From contig JAOZHZ010000027.1 of assembly GCA_026014615.1 (NCBI GenBank), positions 18,920-82,919 of the forward strand: a DNA stretch of 64,000 bases. The letters are read 5' to 3'. The position numbers and the translations under genes were made by a program. The notes under the pieces were generated by a model. The model was not told the origin of the DNA and ran no database searches. It saw only the letters and a list, made by a program, of their open reading frames with translations. How positions within the stretch are numbered: position 1 is the first letter of the stretch; every line of letters begins with the position of its first letter. Source of the stretch: Candidatus Bathyarchaeota archaeon. GTDB taxonomy: Archaea; Thermoproteota; Bathyarchaeia; Bathyarchaeales; Bathycorpusculaceae. Of the stretch, positions 8,521-16,959 are shown piece by piece.

Positions 8521-9924
8521 GTGAAAGACGGCAAAATCAACATCACTAAGAAATGCAAAGAACACGGAACCTTTACAGCTACACACTGGCAGAGCCCAGC
8601 AGTTTACAACTTCACAGAAGAACATGACTACTTCAAATACTTCCCCGAATCCATCGCACACAAACTTCCCAAAAGCTGCCCCTACACCTGTGGCTCATGC
8701 AAATCCCACATCTCCAACACCGTTATAGGCGTCATGGACGTAACCAAAGAATGTAATCTTCACTGCCCTATATGCTTCTCAACGTTTAGCGACCACATAG
8801 TCGACTACGAACCCACCCGCCAAGAACTCGTCGACATGCTAGAGTTTCTTAGCAAACAAGACCCCAAGCCCCCCGCAATTTTGTTCTCAGGTGGTGAACC
8901 TTTAGAGCGCAAGGACATGCCTGAAATCATCGGAGTAGCACATAAGCTAAAATTCATGACGATTTTGGCGACCAACGACATCAACTTGGCACAGGACCCC
9001 GAGTTGGCGGCTAGGCTCAAGAAAAACGGCTTAAATATCGTATATTTACAGTTTGACACCTTTAGCGATGAGACCTACATGAAGATACGCGGCAAAAAAC
9101 TGCTCCAACTCAAATACAAAGCCATTGAGGTCTGCCGCAAACTTGACATGGAAGTCATCCTAGTCACCACGCTCATGAACGGCTTTAACGACCACGAAGT
9201 CGGAAAAATCATAAAATTCGCTGCCGCCAACACCGACATTATACGCGGCTTGATTTTTCAGCCTATAGCTTTCACGGGACGCGCCACAGATAACCCCTTT
9301 CAGGAAGCATGGCGGGACTGGCAATTTGCCGAACAAGTGGAAACCCAAACCGATGGGGAAGTCAAAGTCTCTGATTTGTATCCGCTGTCCGTGATGAGTT
9401 CGCCCATAAAGATTATGCGAAAATTCATGAAAAAGCCCTGGCCGCTGTTTTCATGCAGTCCCCACTGTGGCGTTGTGAACTGGGTTTACGTTTCCAGAAG
9501 CGGCAAAATGATTCCCATTAACCATTTCGTTAACTTCAGCAAATTCTTCAAGGGTATTTTGAAACTGGCTCAAAGTGCACAGGAACAAGGCAAGTTTTCC
9601 ATAATGTCAACCCTGTTCATGTCCTCCATGCTCTCCATGAACATGCTCCTAGTCACCAAAGAAGTTGGCATCTTTACGCTAATGAAAGCCATCCTCAAAA
9701 TGTTTATATCCCCCAGCTACCAATCTCTTGGACCAATACGCAGACGACTCTTCCTACTAGGCTGCATGGCCTTCATGGACCCCTACACCTTCGACGTAAA
9801 CCACGTCAAACGCTGCGTCGTCCACTATATCACACCAAACCTCAAAATCATACCCTTCTGTGCCTACAACAATATCCACAGAATCCACACCGAAGAAACC
9901 TACGCCCAAAAACAACAACGCTAA
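8521..9924 (+). CDS. Radical SAM protein with N-terminal zinc ribbon (MJ0619/Tes-like family)
   Basis: The CNLHCPICF motif is CxxxCxxC. The N-terminal KKCKEHG pairs with an upstream in-frame CPEC (8482-8493) that lies before the first GTG, so the true start is probably upstream. Confidence 0.75.
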   Translation: MKDGKINITKKCKEHGTFTATHWQSPAVYNFTEEHDYFKYFPESIAHKLPKSCPYTCGSCKSHISNTVIGVMDVTKECNLHCPICFSTFSDHIVDYEPTRQELVDMLEFLSKQDPKPPAILFSGGEPLERKDMPEIIGVAHKLKFMTILATNDINLAQDPELAARLKKNGLNIVYLQFDTFSDETYMKIRGKKLLQLKYKAIEVCRKLDMEVILVTTLMNGFNDHEVGKIIKFAAANTDIIRGLIFQPIAFTGRATDNPFQEAWRDWQFAEQVETQTDGEVKVSDLYPLSVMSSPIKIMRKFMKKPWPLFSCSPHCGVVNWVYVSRSGKMIPINHFVNFSKFFKGILKLAQSAQEQGKFSIMSTLFMSSMLSMNMLLVTKEVGIFTLMKAILKMFISPSYQSLGPIRRRLFLLGCMAFMDPYTFDVNHVKRCVVHYITPNLKIIPFCAYNNIHRIHTEETYAQKQQR

Positions 9925-10062
9925 ACAAACTAGTGTTGAAACACAATTTTTTCTTTCTATATGTTTAGAGTTTGCCTGTTGAGTTAGTTTACATCTGAAA
10001 AAAGTGATTGTGGCAGCCCACTTTTTAGGCTGTTCTTTGTAGCTGCCTCTGTTGCTCCTGTT

Positions 10063-10931
10063 TTATGGCATATTTTTTTGCAAATAAACACGCCGCCTAA
10101 AACTGACAGAGTGACGCCCTGCATAAAGCAAAAATTGAATTAGAATGAGAGTAGCAGCTGGGAAATACCTTGCAGCTAGGTTTGTTGGTAAATAGCTACC
10201 AAAGGATGCAAAAGTAATAGTTAATCCAATCACGATCATTAATGTACCCGGAACTATCATTGAGGTACCTAAAAGGCGCTTGGGAAGGCGCTTCATTCCG
10301 TTAGTTCTGACATCCTCAGGTACTATTGATGGAAACGCGCGGGCCGCCACTGCTACTAATGCAGGCACCACAAGAAGCACAAAAGGTAGCATAGTCACAA
10401 ACCAAAATACTATAAGACCCAACGAAAGCGCAATCAAAGCACCCTCGAAGAAACGCTGCAGACTGCGTATATAACAGCTTATAGGTAAACACGTAAAGAA
10501 AAGCAACGATAACGTTAGCGCGAATCAAGGATACATTAGTTACTGTTATGAACTTTGCCCAATTGAACTTCTTACGCAAGAGATAACCAAACACGGAAAA
10601 GCCAATGAAGTTACCTGGAACAGCCGCAAGCAAGAGGATAAAAAATCAAGGCAGGCAGCAGAAACTAAAATCCCGCCAGGAAATACGCAAAACGCCCAAT
10701 GCGCCGTACACGGTTGCTCTAAGCAGTAGTCCGTCGATGACGCTTTTAACTGGTGGCTTTCGTTCCGTGTATTGTATAATCCTGCACATATCTGAAGGCG
10801 ATTATCTGATCCACCAAGCCCAACAGTATAACTACAAAAATTAGCAGACTGGATATTCTTTGAGCGTTTAAAGCTACAATCAATGAGGTGTTAAAAATTC
10901 CCACAGACAGGAAGAAAATACAAATTGTCAA
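10063..10931 (-). pseudogene. Polytopic membrane protein gene broken into at least 3 reading frames
   Basis: Three consecutive hydrophobic ORFs (10746..10931, 10316..10633, 10063..10506) sit in different frames on the same strand. Further TM-like sequence in other frames lies between them. The family is not recognised. Confidence 0.45.
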
Positions 10932-11144
10932 ATAGAGCCGCGGGATGCGTCTTGTGAGTTCGTGTTGCAGTTTTCTGAATATGAGTGTGAAGTCTTTTTG
11001 CTTGGGGTTTTTAGGACGAAGTAGGGGAATTGCATAGCCCGTAGAAGAAGCTTGGTTCGTGCAAAGTTAGGACTTTGCGTTCAAACACCCCTTCAGGGTC
11101 CTCAATCAAAACAGCCGCAATGCCCGCAGAACTAACTCAATGCT

Positions 11145-11672
11145 TCAAATGGCTACCTGTTCTGCGGCAACCTGCACGTTTAAAACACAGTAATTATCTG
11201 AAAACTCCATTTTACCCGTGTCTTCGTTGGGTATCCACAACTCAAATGCGACAAGGTAATCAGCGGGTTGATTTAGACCCATTGTCACTACGGTACTCGT
11301 AGCTTCGCCATCTTTTAAGGTTCCTGTAATTGTCTGTGTAGCGTTAACATCTTCTATGGGAAACGTAGGGTTCACGTCAGTGGTAGCTTTAACCAGAACT
11401 TGGAAGTCATCTAAAGTTCTGCCCAAGTGATTTTCAACGTTAACGTAAACGCTGAATGTGCTGTTGACGTTGGCAACCAAAAACTCAGGGTAATCTGAAG
11501 CTTTCTTGTTGCTGTCTAGCAGGTAAATCGTCGTGTACTCGTCAGGTTCAGGTCTAAGCGCCACATAATAAGTCACAAGCAGAACAGACGCCAGCAGAAG
11601 AGCAATCGCAACGGAAACTGCGAAGGCGTTTTTGTTTTCTTTGATGTTGAGTTTTCTGCTTAAGGTCTGCAT
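11145..11672 (-). CDS. DUF1616-like archaeal membrane-anchored protein
   Basis: An N-terminal TM is followed by a beta-rich domain, YTTIYLLDSNKKASDYPEFLVANVNSTFSVYVNVENHLGRTLDDFQVLV. This resembles DUF1616 proteins found next to archaeal glycosyltransferases. Confidence 0.6.
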   Translation of the reverse strand: MQTLSRKLNIKENKNAFAVSVAIALLLASVLLVTYYVALRPEPDEYTTIYLLDSNKKASDYPEFLVANVNSTFSVYVNVENHLGRTLDDFQVLVKATTDVNPTFPIEDVNATQTITGTLKDGEATSTVVTMGLNQPADYLVAFELWIPNEDTGKMEFSDNYCVLNVQVAAEQVAI

Positions 11673-11690
11673 TGTTTTTTCTGAACACTC

Positions 11691-12371
11691 TCAGCTTCTT
11701 AGACCCTTAAGTATGGTCGTTAAAATTTCTATTCCAGAATTGAACGGGTTCAGCGTAGTTTTACCGTACCTGCGGAACTTGTACGTTGAAGGAACCTCAA
11801 CCATTTTAAAGCGTTTTCTAGAAAATTTGATGAGCATTTCAGTGGCAAACGGCATGTCAGTTTCTTTAAACTCCACTTTCTCCAAAGCCGCATGCGAAAT
11901 AGCCCGAAAACCAGATTGAGTGTCGCTGATATTCTGTTTGTAAAGCATGTTGAAGCAGAACGTGATTACCTTGTTGCCGACGAAGTTGAAAAGTCCCATC
12001 GCTTTGTTTGGGTCATACATCCGCGATGCTAAACACATTTCTGCGTCGGTTTCCAGCATTCTTTGAACTAAACGGTTAACGTGTTTAAACTCGTAGGTGC
12101 CGTCGCCGTCAACCATTATGACTATGTCTCCTTTGGCTGCCTTCATGCCTACTCGAAGAGCTAACCCGTAGCCGCGTCTGGGCTCAATAATAAGCCGCGC
12201 ATTTGAATCCTTAACGATTTCTATGGTGCCGTCGGTCGAATTTCCGTCAACAACAATAATTTCCTTTGGGTACGCCAATTCCCTGTCTAGGGTATCCAGC
12301 GCATCACGGATGTTGCCCGCCTCATTAAGGGTCGGAATGACTACCGAGACCATATCTACTTTTGATGTCAT
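11691..12371 (-). CDS. Family 2 glycosyltransferase (dolichyl-phosphate sugar synthase-like)
   Basis: VSVVIPTLNEAGNI, IIVVDGNSTDGT and DGDGTY motifs. Confidence 0.85.
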   Translation of the reverse strand: MTSKVDMVSVVIPTLNEAGNIRDALDTLDRELAYPKEIIVVDGNSTDGTIEIVKDSNARLIIEPRRGYGLALRVGMKAAKGDIVIMVDGDGTYEFKHVNRLVQRMLETDAEMCLASRMYDPNKAMGLFNFVGNKVITFCFNMLYKQNISDTQSGFRAISHAALEKVEFKETDMPFATEMLIKFSRKRFKMVEVPSTYKFRRYGKTTLNPFNSGIEILTTILKGLRS

Positions 12372-12422
12372 GGGAAGTGCAGCTTCCTAGTGTGTGGGAG
12401 TTTTATATAATTTTCATAGGGT

Positions 12423-13580
12423 TTAAATAACTTCCTCATAGACCTTCATTAACTTCTCCACGTTAACATCCCAGTTGTACCTTTCAGTTATGATTTGCCG
12501 AAGTTTGCCTTTGAGTTTAGATGGTTTCGCCTCAGCAGTTTCGAGCAGCGCCTCAGCCATCGCTTGCGGACAGTTAGGCGACACAATCGTGCCGTAACCC
12601 CTTATGATGATTTCTCTGATTCCCCCTACATCCGTGGCTACCAACGGTAACCCACATGCCATCGCTTCAAGCGCCACCAAGGGTAATCCTTCGCCTGATT
12701 TGCTGGGCAAAACAAAAAAGTCTGCGGCGTTGTAGTAGCGCGGCAAATCTTCATCTGAAACAAAACCTGCCAACACAAAATTCTTTTCAATGCCCATCTG
12801 CGCCGCCTTGGCTTTCACGTCTTGGAAGTCAGGTCCTTTGCCGATGACTAAGTATACCAGATGAGGATTCTCTTTTAAAGCTATTTTTGCGCTCTCCAGC
12901 AGAGTGTCGATTCCGTTTTTGTACACAAGTCTGCGTACTGTTGCAACCACAACTGCCTCCTTGGGGATGCCCAGTTTTTTCCTCACTTCCCATCTAGCGC
13001 CTGCTATGGGTTTAAAGCGGTCTAAATCTACCCCGTTATAAATCAACTGAACCTTCTCTGGGTCAGCACCCAACCGTAGAACATAGTTTCTGGTGGCGTT
13101 GCTGATAACAATGACTCTTTTTGCTTCTTTGAGCGTTTGCTTGCCCACAGCGAGGTCGTTAAGTTTCTCCACGTTATCCCACACGCCATTGTACTCAATG
13201 AAGGTGTTATGCTGAGTTAGCAGGAAGGGCTTCTTGTAGCGCTTTGACAGTTTCGCAGCGGCTAATGAGGACAAGTAGGGATGTCCATGAGCGTGGATGA
13301 GGCTGCTGGATTTAACTGCCTCTAAAAAAGGCTTGTAGCCTGTAATGTTAGGGATTGGGTATGGAATTCCAAGTCTGAACCCAAGATTCAAGGCATCATA
13401 ACATTGAACTTTTATGCCATCAAAAGTGTATTCGTCGGGGGTGTAGTTTTTGTGAGTAAGCACCTTGAGGTCAAATTGTTTCTTCATTAACCGCTTGCTC
13501 TGCTCGTATACAACTCTTTCAATACCGCCGACATGAGGCAGAAACGTGTGAGTGACGATGCACAGTTTCGTGGGTTGCAT
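12423..13580 (-). CDS. Family 4 (GT-B) glycosyltransferase
   Basis: The C-terminal EGLPLVALEAMACGLPLVATDVGG motif is typical of GT4. Confidence 0.85.
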   Translation of the reverse strand: MQPTKLCIVTHTFLPHVGGIERVVYEQSKRLMKKQFDLKVLTHKNYTPDEYTFDGIKVQCYDALNLGFRLGIPYPIPNITGYKPFLEAVKSSSLIHAHGHPYLSSLAAAKLSKRYKKPFLLTQHNTFIEYNGVWDNVEKLNDLAVGKQTLKEAKRVIVISNATRNYVLRLGADPEKVQLIYNGVDLDRFKPIAGARWEVRKKLGIPKEAVVVATVRRLVYKNGIDTLLESAKIALKENPHLVYLVIGKGPDFQDVKAKAAQMGIEKNFVLAGFVSDEDLPRYYNAADFFVLPSKSGEGLPLVALEAMACGLPLVATDVGGIREIIIRGYGTIVSPNCPQAMAEALLETAEAKPSKLKGKLRQIITERYNWDVNVEKLMKVYEEVI

Positions 13581-13700
13581 GGTGTCCGCTGCTTAGTCCC
13601 TCAACAAAGAAACTATTAGAACTTTCTGGTAAACTGCTCCGCTGAAATAGCCACCTGTAAAATGTGGTCACTGTGTAGTCATCTTGGTAATGCATACAAT

Positions 13701-14109
13701 TCAGTAGGTTGCAAGCAAAACTGTGTTCTTCTCTCTGCCAGCTTTTTCTTCAAAATCTCCAAAAGAATTGTAGGGTCTAACAGGTTTTGTCAGAAAAGCG
13801 TCTGCACCGTACTTTGCAGTTTTGGAAGCCGCCTCAGAGGTGGGCAAGCCAGTTATCACAATTTTCACCATTTGTGGCGCCCTCCGATGCATTTGCAACA
13901 GCAAAATCCACTCTGTTCATGCCCGAAAGTCTAACGTCAACCAACACAGCATCGTAGTCTTGATTGCCCAGTTTTTCTTCTGCTTCTTTTGCTGATTCAG
14001 CACCTGTTACCGAGTACCCGTTTCTTTCAAAAATGCGGCTGAAAACATTCAGGATAGTCCTATCATCGTCTACAACAAGTATTCTGCTGTTTGGCTTATC
14101 TAAAACCAT
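13701..14109 (-). pseudogene. CheY-like response regulator receiver, frameshifted
   Basis: RILVVDDD...DAVLVDVRLSGMN is in one frame and MVKIVITG...KYGADAFLTKPV in another. The junction is at an A4/T4 run (13913-13916). Confidence 0.7.
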
Positions 14110-14361
14110 ACCTATAATTTTCCCCTGAATACACCACTTCTGCAGGATATACAAGTCGGACTAGCTAATAGTGGTTTGTTGTCGTATGAACGCAATCACA
14201 CAATGCAACAGAACCGTTTTTTCAAAAAGATGTGGCTACAGTAAGTGCCAACATAGGCTTAACTACATTTTTCAGCATACATAAGTCACGATCGCGGTAT
14301 GAACCTGAACGCCGCAGATAACACTTTATTCAAGCTTCCGAATAGAAAAAAATGTTTCGTC

Positions 14362-14440
14362 AAAAATGTTAAGGATTGCAGCCAGCAGTTCGAGTTTCGG
14401 TTAACATTTTTTCTCCTTTGATCGGGCTGCTGGCTTTTTT
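14362..14440 (+). promoter_or_regulatory. Pseudoknot-capable pair of stems followed by T6 in the leader of 14610..15257
   Basis: 14362-14372 pairs with 14401-14411 (11 bp) and 14380-14388 pairs with 14427-14435 (9 bp). The two stems interleave. TTTTTT lies at 14435-14440. Confidence 0.35.
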
Positions 14441-14609
14441 CCCTAAAATGTTTCTTGTTTGCTTATGCTGAGATTCTTCTATGTGCATCTAAATCAGTTA
14501 TAGCTACTCTTAGGCTGTTTTTGGGTTGCGTAGTGTTTGCGGGAACCCTTAATACTTTCGAGCTGGATGAGCTATTCAGTAGCTGGCTAAGCTGGTGTGA
14601 GGGAAAACC

Positions 14610-15257
14610 TTGAATCTAATCGTTGGTGGCGGTAAATACGGGTGTTACGCAGTTGAGTTCCTTAGAGAAAAACGCAAAAGCTTCATTGTAGTTGACACTG
14701 ACCCAAACTGTAAGGCAGTAACTCGATTTAACCTAAAGAACCCTGAAGACCTTAGCTGTGACGGGGAACATTTTGTTCTGGGTGACCTCCAAAAAGTCGT
14801 AGAGTTAATTGACGCCTTGCAGCCCGAATACGTTTTCCCCACCGCCCCAGTGCACATAGCCGCTGACATGGCAAAAACAAAGTTCTCTTTGGAACCATGG
14901 CCCGAAGCTATAAACGACATACTGCCCAACCTTCCACCCACCGTTGTGTTACTGGCTGGAAAAGGTAAACTCATCGTCAGCTTCAACAGAGACAACGAAT
15001 GCCAAGAAAAATGCTCCATGCCTGAGGTTTGTCCAACTTCAAAAGTAAAAAAGCCCTGCACTATAACCAAACTAATGCAGTACGCTAGCCCCGAAGCCTT
15101 CATTTTGATAAGCCATTCGATGGCTCCTGGCATGGGTGCACTCAAAGGCTCAGAACTTTCGGAATTCTTTAACTGGGCAAAAACCAAAGACCAGTTTATA
15201 GTAGGAACCGCATGCGATTGCCACGGGGTCTTTTCCGCTTTCAAAAAGACGAGTTAA
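14610..15257 (+). CDS. Hypothetical protein with a Rossmann-like N-terminus and Cys cluster
   Basis: 215-aa ORF with a GGTGTGAGGG RBS. It contains IVGGGKYG, the Cx3Cx5Cx9C cluster CQEKCSMPEVCPTSKVKKPC, and CDCHG. The family is not recognised. Confidence 0.6.
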   Translation: MNLIVGGGKYGCYAVEFLREKRKSFIVVDTDPNCKAVTRFNLKNPEDLSCDGEHFVLGDLQKVVELIDALQPEYVFPTAPVHIAADMAKTKFSLEPWPEAINDILPNLPPTVVLLAGKGKLIVSFNRDNECQEKCSMPEVCPTSKVKKPCTITKLMQYASPEAFILISHSMAPGMGALKGSELSEFFNWAKTKDQFIVGTACDCHGVFSAFKKTS

Positions 15258-15277
15258 CTCAAAGAAGAATGTGTTTT

Positions 15278-15757
15278 CTATTTGTGGTTGCTGCGGGTTG
15301 CTTTGGTATACATGTTAGAAGATACGCCGGCAATTAACCCGCCGATTGCGTCGTTTGTCATCGGACCTAATTTCTTTAGGATGCCGGGTTTGGCTTGGTC
15401 AAACCGTGTGAATTCGAATAGTCCCCTTGCGCCTGCTATGTAACCTGCTACTGCCATGCCAATTAATTCGTCTGCGACAAGACCCGGGCGCCCCAAAAAT
15501 ACTTCTTTTGTCAACCCGGGGATTCGTCCAGCTTCTGCCTCCTGTTGCGTCAGATAAGCGGCGGCAATCAACGTGGCAATGTTAGGATCCTGTAGGGCTT
15601 CGAGGATTTCTTCGGTCAGCGTTTGGGTGGCTTTCTCTTTTGTTTCCACACCTGGATGAGGTACATAGAACTCTAATGCGGTGTCCAAAAGGTCTTGAAG
15701 TGTTACGCCTTTTTCTTCAAGAAACTTTAGCAGTGGCGGCACATTTACAGGTTTCAT
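15278..15757 (-). CDS. cobZ: PgpA-like phosphatase, probable alpha-ribazole-phosphate phosphatase (CobZ-like)
   Basis: PgpA-type motifs ADELIGMAVAGY and NDAIGGLIAGV. The gene is divergent from the btuF operon in a cobamide context. The start was chosen at the internal ATG; the longer TTG ORF extends to 15817. Confidence 0.55.
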   Translation of the reverse strand: MKPVNVPPLLKFLEEKGVTLQDLLDTALEFYVPHPGVETKEKATQTLTEEILEALQDPNIATLIAAAYLTQQEAEAGRIPGLTKEVFLGRPGLVADELIGMAVAGYIAGARGLFEFTRFDQAKPGILKKLGPMTNDAIGGLIAGVSSNMYTKATRSNHK

Positions 15758-15932
15758 AGCTATCAACCCAACAAATACCGTAAGCCTTTTCTTAAGTATT
15801 ACGTGCGCTGCTGGCAAATTTGTTTTGTGTTTCCTGTAGAGCTGCCGGTGTCCCTTTGCTTTTGTTTTTGGGAACGTTTATATCCGCTGTCATGGTTGGC
15901 TAATCCATCTACGTCTAAAAGAGTGTAAAACG

Positions 15933-16916
15933 ATGGTTAATGCACGTATAGTCGCAATCATAGGGATTGTAATAATCGCTGTAGCCTCAATCGGCGCTTT
16001 CATGTACTATCAGGGGATAAGCGGTGATTCGGCTTCGCCTAGTCCATCTTCTCCGATATCTGTAGTTGATGACGAAGGCAATACCTTAACGATGACCGAG
16101 TATCCAGAGCGAATAGTTTCTTTAGCTCCGGCTAACACGCAGATGATTTTCGCCGTGGGCGCAGGTGATAACGTTGTGGGCGTGACCGACTTCTGTACCT
16201 ACCCCTACAACTTTTCCGCCTGGATTGAAGCAGGGAACATGACCAGCATCGGAAACTATTACCAACCCGCAGTTGAGCCAATAGTTTCCTTAAACCCTGA
16301 CCTGGTGGTGGCAAGCTTGGGAAGCGTCGACACTGCAGAACAACTTCGAACATTAGGCTACAATGTTTTAACTTTAAACCCCGACAACCTTGATGGCGTC
16401 ATGGCGGACATGCTCAAAATAGGTCAAGCAACAGGACACGAAGCTGAAGCTCAAAGTGAAGTGGCCGACATGCAGCGCAGAATCGATGTCGTAGTAGAGG
16501 GTGTAGCACAAACAACTACTCGACCTACCGTCTACCACGAAATCTGGAGTGACCCCTACATGAGCGTCGGAGGAGACTCGTTCGTGACTGACATAATAAA
16601 CATGGCTGGCGGACAAAACATCTTCGAAAACGCGACTGAAGCATACCCTGTTGTGAGTTCAGAGTCAATAATATCTGAAAACCCTGAAATCATGGTTTTC
16701 CCGACCCATATGGGTGTAGAAAGCTTCTGGGGAAACTATGAAACCGTGGCTGATAGACCTGGATGGAATTCCATAAGCGCTGTGGTCAACAATAAGTTGT
16801 ACACTGTTGACGGAGACGTAATCGACGAACCTGGACCCCGACAAGTAGACTCACTTGAGATACTGGCGAAGATAATTCACCCTGAAATATTTGGATCCTA
16901 CAACGACACATCATAA
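15933..16916 (+). CDS. btuF: ABC transporter periplasmic-type binding protein, BtuF/FecB family
   Basis: Signal anchor followed by RIVSLAPANTQMIFAVGAGDNVVGVTDFCTYP. It is the first gene of the operon containing the permease and ATPase. Confidence 0.8.
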   Translation: MVNARIVAIIGIVIIAVASIGAFMYYQGISGDSASPSPSSPISVVDDEGNTLTMTEYPERIVSLAPANTQMIFAVGAGDNVVGVTDFCTYPYNFSAWIEAGNMTSIGNYYQPAVEPIVSLNPDLVVASLGSVDTAEQLRTLGYNVLTLNPDNLDGVMADMLKIGQATGHEAEAQSEVADMQRRIDVVVEGVAQTTTRPTVYHEIWSDPYMSVGGDSFVTDIINMAGGQNIFENATEAYPVVSSESIISENPEIMVFPTHMGVESFWGNYETVADRPGWNSISAVVNNKLYTVDGDVIDEPGPRQVDSLEILAKIIHPEIFGSYNDTS

Positions 16917-16959
16917 ATACCACCTCTTTTTTATTTTCTGCACTTGATGGGAACGGACC

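Noticed and set aside
15818-15932. Cobalamin riboswitch upstream of btuF
   Set aside because: The leader is only ~115 nt, I see no B12-box-like core, and the class is bacterial. Only a TATA-like GTTTATATCC (~15876-15885) is apparent.
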